Assembly (NCBI GenBank): GCA_027031495.1
Contig: JALVQA010000013.1
Location: forward strand, 5,714-69,713
Reading direction: 5' to 3'
DNA from: Candidatus Moraniibacteriota bacterium
GTDB lineage: Bacteria; Patescibacteriota; Minisyncoccia; Moranbacterales; GCA-2747515
DNA length: 64,000 nucleotides
Every line of letters starts with the position of its first letter. Positions within the stretch are counted from its first letter, which is position 1. Under the pieces are notes generated by a model. The model saw only the letters and a program-made list of their open reading frames with translations, ran no database searches and had not been told where the DNA came from. This document shows, one piece after another, positions 1 through 9,740 of this stretch. The translations under genes were made by a program, and so were the position numbers.

Positions 1-149
1 TTCTGTGCCAATTCACGTACACAAATACGACACATGTTGAAGAATCGCAGATACCCACGCTTACGGCCACAGCGCCAACAACGCAAGACCTTACGTGTTG
101 AGTATTTTGGTGTTTTCTTTGATCGTGCTATTACTGATTTTTTAGCCAT
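1..149 (-). CDS. rpsZ: 30S ribosomal protein S14, Zn-binding type Z (runs off window start)
   Basis: Hand translation MAKKSVIARSKKTPKYSTRKVLRCWRCGRKRGYLRFFNMCRICVRELAQ; two CxxC pairs; position after rplE. Confidence 0.95.
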   Translation of the reverse strand, partial: MAKKSVIARSKKTPKYSTRKVLRCWRCGRKRGYLRFFNMCRICVRELAQ

Positions 150-181
150 AATCTTTTATGTAGAATAAATATATCTATGAA

Positions 182-742
182 TTATTTTTCATCATCTCTG
201 TGAAGCGGTATACCAAGCGCGCGAAAAAGAGTCTCACCCTCTTCCTTATTACGTGCCGTCGTTTTTACCGTAACTTGCAACCCGAAAATGTGAACAGCTT
301 TCTCCGGCACGATTTCAGGAAATACTGTATGTTCACGGATACCAATATTAAGATTGCCATAACTATCAACTCCTGATAATTTAATACCCTGGAAATCACG
401 TACACGTGGCAATGCTATCACAACCAATCTATCCAAAAAATCCCACATACGGTCACCGCGCAACGTTGCCATCACACCAATATCCTGTCCCTCACGAATT
501 TTAAAACCAGCAATAGATTTTCGTGCTTTTGTTGTTACAGGTTTCTGACCGACGATTGCAGTTATGCCATCAACCACCTCTTTTACAACTGCCCTTTCCT
601 TTGCAAAGCGACCAATGCCGGCGTGTACAACGATACGATCTAGGCGCGGCAAAGCAAGAGGGTTTTTTGTCTTACACAAGGCCTCTAATGCCGGCACAGC
701 ATCTTTTACATACTTCTCTCTTGTACTTGGAATTGCTTTCAT
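182..742 (-). CDS. rplE: 50S ribosomal protein L5
   Basis: GQKPVTTKARKSIAGFKIREG, LPRVRDFQG motifs; spc order. Confidence 0.98.
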   Translation of the reverse strand: MKAIPSTREKYVKDAVPALEALCKTKNPLALPRLDRIVVHAGIGRFAKERAVVKEVVDGITAIVGQKPVTTKARKSIAGFKIREGQDIGVMATLRGDRMWDFLDRLVVIALPRVRDFQGIKLSGVDSYGNLNIGIREHTVFPEIVPEKAVHIFGLQVTVKTTARNKEEGETLFRALGIPLHRDDEK

Positions 743-763
743 ATTGCTCTAGAAACGAATAAT

Positions 764-1072
764 TTAAATCTCTTTACCACTTTTCCTTGATATACGTACT
801 TTTTGACCACCATCTGTTATCTTGTATCCTACGCGCGTCGGCTTGTCAGTATGCGGACACACAAGCATTACGTTTGACGCATCAATTTTGCCGGGAAATT
901 GTATGCGCTCACCAGACGTACCGGCACGACGTACTTTTACATGTTTCGTGACAATATTTACACCATCAACAACAACGCGTCCTTCAGCCGGATACACGCG
1001 CAGGATCGTTCCGCGCTTACCTCTATCCTTACCGGCAATTACTTCAACTGTGTCACCTTTTTTAATTCGCAT
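764..1072 (-). CDS. rplX: 50S ribosomal protein L24
   Basis: KOW motif IKKGDTVEVIAGKDRGKRG; start placed at MRIKK. Confidence 0.97.
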   Translation of the reverse strand: MRIKKGDTVEVIAGKDRGKRGTILRVYPAEGRVVVDGVNIVTKHVKVRRAGTSGERIQFPGKIDASNVMLVCPHTDKPTRVGYKITDGGQKVRISRKSGKEI

Positions 1073-1092
1073 AGGTTTAATTATTGTCATTC

Positions 1093-1461
1093 TTACAAAA
1101 CTTCTGGTGCCTGCGAAATAATTTTCGCATACCCTCTCTCACGCAACTCACGTGCAATTGGACCAAAAACACGCGTACCGCGTGGCTGCTTTTGCGCATC
1201 AATAATCACTGCAGCATTTTCATCAAAACGGATGTACGACCCGTCCTTTCGGCCAAACGCCTTTTTCTGACGCACGATCACGGCACGAACAACGTCACCC
1301 TTCTTCACAGCAGCACGTGGCTCGGCAGATTTTACAGATGCCACAATTACATCACCGATCTGCGCATAGCGACGTCGTGAGCCACCGAGCACCTTGAAAC
1401 ATTCGATGATTTTCGCACCGGAATTATCTGCAACTTTCAATTTTGTCTCTGCCTGAATCAT
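1093..1461 (-). CDS. rplN: 50S ribosomal protein L14
   Basis: [27 protein letters not shown]. Confidence 0.99.
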   Translation of the reverse strand: MIQAETKLKVADNSGAKIIECFKVLGGSRRRYAQIGDVIVASVKSAEPRAAVKKGDVVRAVIVRQKKAFGRKDGSYIRFDENAAVIIDAQKQPRGTRVFGPIARELRERGYAKIISQAPEVL

Positions 1462-1492
1462 AATTTTAAATTAAATTCCTTCTATAAAAAAT

Positions 1493-1738
1493 TTACTCGG
1501 TAACAACAAACTTTTTACGCTTGCTTATCGGCTTTGAGCATGCAAATGTCACAACATCACCCTCCTTATACCGATTATCAGGATCGTGCACAGCATACTT
1601 TTTTGTAACACGATATTTTTTACGATATTTTGGATGTGTTACAAAACGCTCAACAGCGACAACAATCGTTTTATCTGCTTTATCGGATACAACTACGCCC
1701 TGCCATTGACGCGCCTTTTTTACTTCTACTTTCGACAT
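1493..1738 (-). CDS. rpsQ: 30S ribosomal protein S17
   Basis: GVVVSDKADKTIVV, HPKYRK, KPISKRK. Confidence 0.98.
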   Translation of the reverse strand: MSKVEVKKARQWQGVVVSDKADKTIVVAVERFVTHPKYRKKYRVTKKYAVHDPDNRYKEGDVVTFACSKPISKRKKFVVTE

Positions 1739-1762
1739 AATGATTAGATCATTGAGAGTTAA

Positions 1763-1969
1763 CTATTGATTGCGCTCATCCTGCGCACGTTGTGCTAAAA
1801 CCGTTTTGATGCGAGCGATTGCGCGACGCATCTTGCTGCGAGCACTCGTATCACGTTCTTGCTGAATGGATGTACTAAACCGATGCTCGCGCAACTTACC
1901 CTCCAGCACAGCAAGTTCTTTTACAAGATCCTCACTCGTTTTTTCTCGAATTTCTTGCATTGTAATCAT
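1763..1969 (-). CDS. rpmC: 50S ribosomal protein L29
   Basis: Short helical protein with RRAIARIKT between rplP and rpsQ. Confidence 0.95.
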   Translation of the reverse strand: MITMQEIREKTSEDLVKELAVLEGKLREHRFSTSIQQERDTSARSKMRRAIARIKTVLAQRAQDERNQ

Positions 1970-2382
1970 ACACTTTCTCGTTTAACAAACTTTGTTTTTA
2001 CAGCTAATTTGTGAGACGCACGCTCAAATGCGCCACGCGCTACGGTTTCAGGTACACCGTCCACTTCAAAGAGGATTGTTCCTGCTTTTACTCTTGCGAC
2101 ATAGTGATCAACAGATCCCTTACCCTTACCCATCGGAACCTCTGCACCCTTTTTCGTCATTGGATGATCAGGAAAAATGCGAATCCACACCTTACCATCA
2201 CGCTGCATATAGCGAGTGATTGCACGACGTGCAGCCTCAATTTGACGAGCTGATATGAGACCCGGTGTCATTGCCTTAATCCCATAACTCCCAAAACTCA
2301 CTGTAATTCCACGCGTTGCAACACGCTTAATTGGACCTCCGCGGTGCAACTTACGATGTTTAGTTTTTTTTGGCATTAACAT
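1966..2382 (-). CDS. rplP: 50S ribosomal protein L16
   Basis: [26 protein letters not shown]. Confidence 0.99.
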   Translation of the reverse strand: MLMPKKTKHRKLHRGGPIKRVATRGITVSFGSYGIKAMTPGLISARQIEAARRAITRYMQRDGKVWIRIFPDHPMTKKGAEVPMGKGKGSVDHYVARVKAGTILFEVDGVPETVARGAFERASHKLAVKTKFVKRESV

Positions 2383-2430
2383 ATGTGTGTAGCAATCAGA
2401 TATTTCTTACTCTTTGGCATCTAGTATAAT

Positions 2431-3093
2431 TTACTTCTTTTCTCGCGTTGTGTCAAATTTTTCACCCTTATAGATCCATACTTTGACACCAATCGCGCCA
2501 TATGTTGTTCGCGCAGTATCCTTCGCATAATCAATAACAGCGCGCAATGTCTGTAGTGGGATACGACCGTCGGACATCCACTCGCGACGACTCATTTCAG
2601 CGCCATCCAGTCGACCGGATACCTCAAGTTTTACACCCTTCACATCACGATTGCGTTTTACACTTTCCAGTGTTGTTTTGAGTGTACGACGAAATGGCAT
2701 ACGCTTCTCAAGAGTTTGTACAATTTGCTGGGCAACTAATGCAGCGTCTTCCTCAACACGACGCACCTCACGCACATCAACTTTCACTTGTGTTGGCTTA
2801 CCAGCAAAAAATATCTTCTTAATCTTTGTTATCATATCCTCAATGCCAGTGCCACCGCGACCGATGAGAACACCGGGACGCCCTGTGCGTACAATAACAT
2901 TGACAAGACCAGGTGCGCGCTCAATGCTCACGCTTGAGATGGCGGCATCTTTCCATGTTTTCTTTACATAATTGCGAATTTTTACATCGGATTCGAGGTT
3001 TTTTGCAAAGTCTTTTTTTGTATCAAACCATCGCGACTGCCAAGTGCGCGTTATACCGATGCGAAATGAACGTGGATCAACTTTCTGTCCCAT
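2431..3093 (-). CDS. rpsC: 30S ribosomal protein S3
   Basis: MGQKVDP, RPGVLIGRGG (KH domain), GRIPLQTLRA, GVKVWIYKG. Confidence 0.99.
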   Translation of the reverse strand: MGQKVDPRSFRIGITRTWQSRWFDTKKDFAKNLESDVKIRNYVKKTWKDAAISSVSIERAPGLVNVIVRTGRPGVLIGRGGTGIEDMITKIKKIFFAGKPTQVKVDVREVRRVEEDAALVAQQIVQTLEKRMPFRRTLKTTLESVKRNRDVKGVKLEVSGRLDGAEMSRREWMSDGRIPLQTLRAVIDYAKDTARTTYGAIGVKVWIYKGEKFDTTREKK

Positions 3094-3106
3094 AGAGCGG
3101 AATTAT

Positions 3107-3640
3107 TTATGATGATTTGCGGCGAAACATACGTTGCTTTTTTGCAGCTGCTGTATCCGCCTTCTTATTACTTACTACATGTGTATCCTGAAAAGTACTG
3201 GATTTTGCGGTAGAACCATCCTCCTGCTTTTTTGTATCACTTACCTTTCCTGCATTCTCCTTTGTGCGCGTTTTTTGCTCAGGTTCTACGCGATTCTTAC
3301 CATCCTCAATCTCTGCAAGCACCATTGTAATGTGAGAAGTTCGTTTAAGAATTTTCGTTGCGCGACCATGTGCACGCGGCATCCACCTTTTGAGCGTCAT
3401 CCCTTCATTAACATACAACTCCGCAATATAGAGATTATCCGCATCAAAACCATAATTATGACGTGCATTTGCAACACCGCTTTTAAGCAGTTTTTCCATT
3501 GGCTGTGCGGAACGCTTTTCCATTACTGCCAGCTGGCGCTGTGCTTCGCGCACGGTTTTGCCTCGTACTGCATCAGCAACCAAGCGCACCTTATATGGCG
3601 AGATACGCAACCGATTCAGTTGTACTTTCAGTGTAGCCAT
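3107..3640 (-). CDS. rplV: 50S ribosomal protein L22 with ~65-aa C-terminal extension
   Basis: RISPYKVRLVADAVRG, PRAHGRA, KRTSHIT. Confidence 0.97.
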   Translation of the reverse strand: MATLKVQLNRLRISPYKVRLVADAVRGKTVREAQRQLAVMEKRSAQPMEKLLKSGVANARHNYGFDADNLYIAELYVNEGMTLKRWMPRAHGRATKILKRTSHITMVLAEIEDGKNRVEPEQKTRTKENAGKVSDTKKQEDGSTAKSSTFQDTHVVSNKKADTAAAKKQRMFRRKSS

Positions 3641-3675
3641 TGCTTTATACTAATAATTAAAATTATACCGTAAAA

Positions 3676-4005
3676 CTATGCCGCCTTGCGAAGACGTGCT
3701 GCCTCCGCCTCACGCTGCTTTGCAGCCATATCAAGCTCCTTCTGCATTTTACCACCATGGCGTATGAAGCGACGTGTCGGTGCAAATTCACCAAGGCGAT
3801 GACCAACCATTTCTTCCGTCACATACACTTCGATGAAATCTTTACCATTATGCACATGAAACGTGAAACCAATCATTTCAGGTGTAATTACACACGCACG
3901 CGACCATGTTTTAATCGGCGTTTTCTTCTTCGCATTTTTCTGAGCAAGGACTTTTTTCAATACCCGCTCGTCTACGTATGGCCCTTTTTTGAGACTTCTA
4001 CTCAT
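3676..4005 (-). CDS. rpsS: 30S ribosomal protein S19
   Basis: [27 protein letters not shown]. Confidence 0.99.
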   Translation of the reverse strand: MSRSLKKGPYVDERVLKKVLAQKNAKKKTPIKTWSRACVITPEMIGFTFHVHNGKDFIEVYVTEEMVGHRLGEFAPTRRFIRHGGKMQKELDMAAKQREAEAARLRKAA

Positions 4006-4034
4006 AAGTCAATCTAGATAAATAATACTTGTAA

Positions 4035-4877
4035 TTATCGACGCTTTCGTTCTTGCCGTCGCTTGAGAATAAACCTGTCACTGAAACGATGTTTGCGACG
4101 TGTTTTTGTGCCAAGCGTTGGCTTGCCCCACGGTGTTTTCGGATATTTCAAACCGATTGGCTGTCGTCCTTCGCCACCACCATGCGGATGGTCAACAGGA
4201 TTCATCGCGCTACCACGTACATGTGGACGACGACGCTTCCATCGACTACGTCCAGCCTTACCAATGCGCTCTGCACTGTGTTCAAAATTACTCATCGCAC
4301 CAATCGTTGCATAGCACTTCTCATTGATGAGGCGAATCTCACCTGATGGCATTTTAATCTGCGCATAACCATTCTCAAGAGCCATAAGGGTCGCACTACT
4401 TCCAGCGCTACGCACAATTTGACCACCTTTGCCAATTTTCATCTCAATATTTGAAATAATCGTACCAGTTGGAATGCGTAGCAACTGGAGACGATTACCC
4501 TGCTCAATCGGTGCATCCGGCCCTGACTGTACAACCTGCCCCTTCTTCATACCGGCACTTGCTAAAATATAACGCTTTTCACCATCTGCATAGTGTACTA
4601 ACGCAATAATCGCTGAACGGTTTGGATCACGTTCAAGCGCAGCAATCGTGCCCGGTATGCCAAACTTATCCTGCTTGAAATCGATTATGCGATACATGCG
4701 CTTGTGTCCACCGCCGCGGTGGCGCACAGATATCTTCCCAGCACTCGTGCGACCAGCACGGTTTTTTATTGGCGCGAGCAAGCTTTTTTCCGGTTTCTTG
4801 TCAGAAACACCATCCGGCTTCACAATAGACATATTGCGTCGCCCCGCCGTATTTCGTTTGTAGATTTTAATTGCCAT
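4035..4877 (-). CDS. rplB: 50S ribosomal protein L2
   Basis: [28 protein letters not shown]. Confidence 0.99.
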   Translation of the reverse strand: MAIKIYKRNTAGRRNMSIVKPDGVSDKKPEKSLLAPIKNRAGRTSAGKISVRHRGGGHKRMYRIIDFKQDKFGIPGTIAALERDPNRSAIIALVHYADGEKRYILASAGMKKGQVVQSGPDAPIEQGNRLQLLRIPTGTIISNIEMKIGKGGQIVRSAGSSATLMALENGYAQIKMPSGEIRLINEKCYATIGAMSNFEHSAERIGKAGRSRWKRRRPHVRGSAMNPVDHPHGGGEGRQPIGLKYPKTPWGKPTLGTKTRRKHRFSDRFILKRRQERKRR

Positions 4878-4901
4878 ATAGGTAAATAATTCTTTATACT
4901 A

Positions 4902-5285
4902 CTATTCAAACAAATCTATTTTCTGCCCCTCTTTTACCGTTACAATCGCTTTCTTCTGCGTCTTCGTTTTACCACTTATACCTCTAAACGATGTGTTTTG
5001 CTTCTTCTTTACCGTCATATTAACCTTTACGACGTCAACACCGAATATATCAGACACAGCCTTTTGTACTTGAGCTTTTGTCGCACGCGTATGTACACGA
5101 AAAACATACTTCCCTTTCTCAGAAAGCGTATATGCCTTCTCTGTCACAACCGGCGAAAGGAGGACATGTGCAAAAACTGATAGTGCAGTCACTTTCTTTT
5201 TCTTCTTCGTCTTTGTAGCGTCAGAAGACTTTGTGTTCTTTGCTTTCGCTACATCTTCCTCTTTTTTTCTACTAAACAATGCCAT
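4902..5285 (-). CDS. rplW: 50S ribosomal protein L23 with Lys-rich N-terminal extension
   Basis: PVVTEKA, YVFRV, KKAIVT; order rplD-rplW-rplB. Confidence 0.96.
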   Translation of the reverse strand: MALFSRKKEEDVAKAKNTKSSDATKTKKKKKVTALSVFAHVLLSPVVTEKAYTLSEKGKYVFRVHTRATKAQVQKAVSDIFGVDVVKVNMTVKKKQNTSFRGISGKTKTQKKAIVTVKEGQKIDLFE

Positions 5286-5300
5286 GGCTTATGTACTTTA

Positions 5301-5954
5301 CTAATTCTTTACTGCGCCCGTCTTTTCTGCAAGACGTGCTTCCAATTTTTTTAACGCATCCTTGCTTATCAAAACAATCGCGTGATTAACCATATCATAC
5401 GCATTAACCGTTGATAGCGATCGGCTTTTCACACGTGGAATGTTGCGCGCTGTTAGTGATACAGCACTCTCATCCTCTGAAAGAACCACAACACATGACT
5501 TATCAGCAATTTTCAATGCATTAAGCGCTTGTGCCATATGTTTTGTCTTCATTTCATCGAATGAGAAGCTGTCTACAACTAATAGCTGATCTGCGCGCAC
5601 CTTCTCGGAAAGCGCTACGGCCATTGCCTTACGGCGCATTTTTACTGTCGTTTTCTTTTTAAAATTCTTTTCACTTCGTGGACCAAATACAACGCCACCA
5701 CCGCGCCAGATCGGATTACGAATAGATCCTGTCCGCGCATTACCAGTACCTTTCTGCTTCCACGGTTTACGGCCAGAACCTTTGCGCTCACCACGATCCT
5801 TTGTGTGCGCCGTCGACTGTCGTCTGTTTGCCGCATAGGCCACAACAACCTGGTGAAGCAGTGTCATATTTTCCGGAACAGAGAAAACGGCATCAGACAC
5901 ATCAACTGTGCCAGACTTCTCTCCCTTAATTGTGTATACATTAAGCTGCGTCAT
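5301..5954 (-). CDS. rplD: 50S ribosomal protein L4
   Basis: RKPWKQKGTGNARTGS, WRGGGVVFGP. Confidence 0.99.
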   Translation of the reverse strand: MTQLNVYTIKGEKSGTVDVSDAVFSVPENMTLLHQVVVAYAANRRQSTAHTKDRGERKGSGRKPWKQKGTGNARTGSIRNPIWRGGGVVFGPRSEKNFKKKTTVKMRRKAMAVALSEKVRADQLLVVDSFSFDEMKTKHMAQALNALKIADKSCVVVLSEDESAVSLTARNIPRVKSRSLSTVNAYDMVNHAIVLISKDALKKLEARLAEKTGAVKN

Positions 5955-5968
5955 ATTCTTCCAATAAA

Positions 5969-6526
5969 CTAATCTTTTACAATAGAAACAATTCTTCCAT
6001 TTACACCAGGTACTGCCCCCTTCACTGCGATTATGTGGTTTTCTGCGTCAACAAGAACAACTGTCAAACCCTTTGTTGTGTGCTGCACACCACCCATGCG
6101 GCCAGCCATTTTTTTTCCCTTTCGCACATGCTGTGGGTATGCGCTACCGATAGAACCTGCTTGACGCAATACATGACGATGACCGTGTGATGCCGGACCA
6201 CCGGCAAATCCATACCTCTTCACAACGCCCTGGAAACCTTTTGCCTTTGTTGTGCCTGTTACCTTAACAGTATCGCCAACCTCAAAAACATCAACCGTTA
6301 TTTCTGTCCCCTCTTCCGGCGTTTCATCTGAACGGAATTCTTTGCGCACCTTCTTTTTTAATGTCTTATCAGCCTCAAGTTGCACGGCAGTATATCCATC
6401 GCGCTCTTGCGTACGCACCATACGTACAACATTCGGCGTGCAACGAATCAGCGTTACATTAAGCGCGCCCTTCTCTGCATCATACAGAGTTGTCATACCA
6501 ATTTTTTTGCCAAGAATTGCTTTCAT
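5969..6526 (-). CDS. rplC: 50S ribosomal protein L3
   Basis: ILGKKIGMT, KGFQGVVKRYGF, KMAGRMG, KGAVPG; start reassigned to MKAIL. Confidence 0.97.
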   Translation of the reverse strand: MKAILGKKIGMTTLYDAEKGALNVTLIRCTPNVVRMVRTQERDGYTAVQLEADKTLKKKVRKEFRSDETPEEGTEITVDVFEVGDTVKVTGTTKAKGFQGVVKRYGFAGGPASHGHRHVLRQAGSIGSAYPQHVRKGKKMAGRMGGVQHTTKGLTVVLVDAENHIIAVKGAVPGVNGRIVSIVKD

Positions 6527-6690
6527 AAAAAAATAATCAATCCGTATCAAATAAAAATCAGCTCTGAAGCTGACCACATTCTCTTCCATAGTGGAAGCGA
6601 ATTTGCAGGTCGCCCAGTATCCGCAAGATCTGCGGACTTAAACGAGAATACACGTGCAAAAGAAATAAATCTTACAACAACATGGTTTAT

Positions 6691-6719
6691 ATTTTAAACC
6701 ATAATGTAAAATATTGCAA
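6691..6719 (-). promoter_or_regulatory. sigma70-type promoter upstream of rplC
   Basis: TTGCAA-17nt-TAAAAT on minus strand. Confidence 0.55.
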
Positions 6720-6750
6720 ATTTTGCACACCCGCATACAGAAATCACTGT

Positions 6751-6795
6751 AAAACGGATCCTTTGGGAAAGAGTATCTCTCCCCCACAGGATCCG
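6751..6795 (-). terminator. Probable intrinsic terminator after rpsJ
   Basis: CGGATCC...GGATCCG stem with inner GGGAGAG/CTTTCCC pairing, followed by TTTT. Confidence 0.5.
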
Positions 6796-6842
6796 CCCCC
6801 TATCCAGAGACAGGGAGGCACTTTCTTTACAAAGAAGATTGG

Positions 6843-7166
6843 TTACATTTTAATTTCAACGTCAACACCGGCAGGAAGATCAAGATTTGTTAACTCATCA
6901 ATTGTCTTTGGTGTTGGATTCCAGATATCAATCAGTCGCTTATGAACACGCATCTCATACTGATCACGTGCCTTCTTGTGTACGAATGTTGACCTATTGA
7001 CTGTAATTTTGTGAATCTCTGTAGGTAGCGGCACCGGTCCCGAGACCTCAGCACCGCTCCGCAGAGCTGTTTCCACAATTTGCGCAGCTGATCGGTCAAT
7101 GACCTTGTGATCATATGCCTTAATACGGATACGAATACGCGTCTTTGCTTCTTCCTTCTTTGCCAT
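6843..7166 (-). CDS. rpsJ: 30S ribosomal protein S10
   Basis: [34 protein letters not shown]. Confidence 0.99.
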   Translation of the reverse strand: MAKKEEAKTRIRIRIKAYDHKVIDRSAAQIVETALRSGAEVSGPVPLPTEIHKITVNRSTFVHKKARDQYEMRVHKRLIDIWNPTPKTIDELTNLDLPAGVDVEIKM

Positions 7167-7310
7167 AAAAATATAACGATGTTCCTGAAAATGTCGTTAC
7201 ACACAAACATGTACGTAAACAGCCCACACTGACAGGTCATCCCTATTCTTAAAAAATCTCCATCCGCATAGCGAGCGCTATGCAACGCTCGCTATGCAAT
7301 GTAGGTGTAA

Positions 7311-8501
7311 TTACTCAATAATCTTTGTTACAACACCAGCGCCAACAGTGCGACCACCCTCACGAATCGCGAAGCGCATACCATCTTCCATTGCCACAGG
7401 CGCAACAAGTTTTACTTTCAATGTAACAGTGTCACCAGGCATTACCATCTCTGTTCCCTCTGGCAACGTTACATCGCCAGTTACATCCGTTGTACGGATA
7501 TAGAACTGTGGCTTATATCCTTTGAAGAATGGTGTGTGACGACCACCTTCCTCCTTTGTCAAAATATACACCTCACCTTCAAACTCTGTATGTGGTGTAA
7601 TTGACCCTGGTGCAGCGAGAACTTGTCCACGCTCAACATCTTCTTTCTTGATACCGCGAAGAAGAAGTCCTGCATTGTCACCGGCTTCACCACGATCCAG
7701 TTGCTTGTTGAACATCTCAATACCAGTTACAACAGTCTTTTGAGTTTCACGCAAACCAACGATTTCAACTTCATCATTAAGGTTGATTACGCCACGCTCA
7801 ATACGACCTGTTACAACGGTACCACGACCTTCGATAGAGAAGATATCTTCAATAGGAAGCAAGAATGGCTTCTCCGTGTCACGCACTGGTTCAGGAATTT
7901 TTTCGTCAAGTGCTGCAACAAGATCAAGAATTGGCTTTGCATCAGGATCATCAGCGCTTTTTGTCTCAAGTGCCTTAAGAGCACTGCCCTGAATTACTGC
8001 AGCATTGTCGCCATCAAAATCATATTTTGAAAGAAGTTCACGCACCTCTGCCTCTACCAACTCAATAAGCTCAGGATCATCAACCATATCGCACTTGTTG
8101 ATGAATACAACAATCTCAGGCACACCAACCTGACGTGCAAGAAGAATGTGCTCACGCGTCTGTGGCATCGGACCATCTGTTGCAGACACAACAAGAATCG
8201 CACCATCCATCTGCGCTGCACCAGTAATCATGTTTTTGATGTAGTCAGCGTGACCAGGACAGTCAACGTGTGCATAGTGACGCTTTTCTGACTCGTACTC
8301 ACAGTGTGCTGTTGCGATCGTAATCCCGCGCTCTTTCTCCTCCGGCGCGTTATCAATATCATCAACACCACGCTCCTTTGCAAGACCCTTCAAAGAAAGG
8401 ACGTGCAGAATCGCAGCTGTTGTTGTTGTCTTACCATGGTCAACATGACCAATTGTTCCCACATTCACATGTGGCTTTTTTCGTTCAAACTTCTCTGCCA
8501 T
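7311..8501 (-). CDS. tuf: Elongation factor Tu
   Basis: [34 protein letters not shown]. Confidence 0.99.
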   Translation of the reverse strand: MAEKFERKKPHVNVGTIGHVDHGKTTTTAAILHVLSLKGLAKERGVDDIDNAPEEKERGITIATAHCEYESEKRHYAHVDCPGHADYIKNMITGAAQMDGAILVVSATDGPMPQTREHILLARQVGVPEIVVFINKCDMVDDPELIELVEAEVRELLSKYDFDGDNAAVIQGSALKALETKSADDPDAKPILDLVAALDEKIPEPVRDTEKPFLLPIEDIFSIEGRGTVVTGRIERGVINLNDEVEIVGLRETQKTVVTGIEMFNKQLDRGEAGDNAGLLLRGIKKEDVERGQVLAAPGSITPHTEFEGEVYILTKEEGGRHTPFFKGYKPQFYIRTTDVTGDVTLPEGTEMVMPGDTVTLKVKLVAPVAMEDGMRFAIREGGRTVGAGVVTKIIE

Positions 8502-8681
8502 AGTACTTTAAACTTAAATTGATAACGAAAGAAAGCGGCAACACCTTCTTGTGACTACAGATATCACAATTGAGCACCGCACTATTTTTTCACTATCAAT
8601 CAATAAATTAATTTATTATTACAATTTTTATATGCACAGAGGTCACGCAAAAACTCGTGCACACTCCTGTATACAGATGGC

Positions 8682-8709
8682 ATTATAGCAAACTGATTTT
8701 GTTTGTCAA
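8682..8709 (-). promoter_or_regulatory. Consensus sigma70 promoter of tuf
   Basis: TTGACA-16nt-TATAAT with extended -10 TG. Confidence 0.75.
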
Positions 8710-8841
8710 TACTTTACTAAATTCACCAATTTTTCATCACATCTATCCATAAAAACAATCAAGTCCTTCCCTTCAAATGTTTTGATTTTTTTTCATTCTT
8801 TGTAGGTGACTTTATTTGCTCATGCGCAATAACACTGCACA

Positions 8842-9717
8842 TTATCGCAAGCGCCACACATCATTATGGACAGTAATCATTTTTTCCTTACGTAACACCC
8901 TCAGAAGTTCTTCCAACCATATACGATCCTTTGCCATATCCCAGTCTTTTTTAATTCGCTGCCCAATATCGTTGATATCTAGCGCACCATTGCGCAAAAC
9001 ATCAATAATGCGTCCGCGATAAATACGTCGCGGTACATGCACGCCATTCTCAGTACGACCTGGCTCTTTCTTTTTTGTGCGCACATAATCACACGGATCC
9101 GGGTATGATGCACATAGCGTTTTGAGTGGACATGTCGCACACTGCGGTGCTCGTCGCGTGCATACAAGAGATGCAAAATCCATGAGTGCATTGTGCCACT
9201 GCCTGCTTTCTCCTCGCGGCAACATTAACTCAGCGCTGACAGAGGCATTTTTGCCGCCGACATGCCATCGTCGCAGCAATCGCTCAACATTCACATCAAC
9301 AGCAACTGTATCGTCATTGTACCCAAAAACAAGTACAGCATGTGCCGTATATGGCCCGAAACCGGGCAGTGCCATAATTTCTTCTGATGTACGCGGCAAT
9401 TGTCCGTTATGCTCTTTAACAATAATACGCGCACTTCTGTGAAGATTGAGCGCGCGCCGGTTATAGCCGAGGCCACGCCATTGCGTGAGGACACGCGCCT
9501 GCGATGCGCGCGCAAGGTCTTTCCATGTCGGAAACACCTTCAAAAAAGTACTATAGCGCTCAACCACCTTTGGCACATTTGTTTGCTGAAGCATGATCTC
9601 CGCAACAGCAATCGCATACAAGTCGCGCGTATGTCGCCACGGCAGCGCACGACGACCACATTCTTTATACCAAGTAAAAACACGTCGCTGTATCGCTTTT
9701 CGCGTAGCATGATGCAT
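8842..9717 (-). CDS. mutY: A/G-specific adenine glycosylase (MutY-like, HhH-GPD)
   Basis: LPWR, EIMLQQT, WRGLGYNRRA, LPGFGPYTA, VDVNV, Fe-S motif CxxxxxxCxxCxxxxxC. Confidence 0.85.
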   Translation of the reverse strand: MHHATRKAIQRRVFTWYKECGRRALPWRHTRDLYAIAVAEIMLQQTNVPKVVERYSTFLKVFPTWKDLARASQARVLTQWRGLGYNRRALNLHRSARIIVKEHNGQLPRTSEEIMALPGFGPYTAHAVLVFGYNDDTVAVDVNVERLLRRWHVGGKNASVSAELMLPRGESRQWHNALMDFASLVCTRRAPQCATCPLKTLCASYPDPCDYVRTKKKEPGRTENGVHVPRRIYRGRIIDVLRNGALDINDIGQRIKKDWDMAKDRIWLEELLRVLRKEKMITVHNDVWRLR

Positions 9718-9740
9718 AACAGAAATTTACACCACCCACC

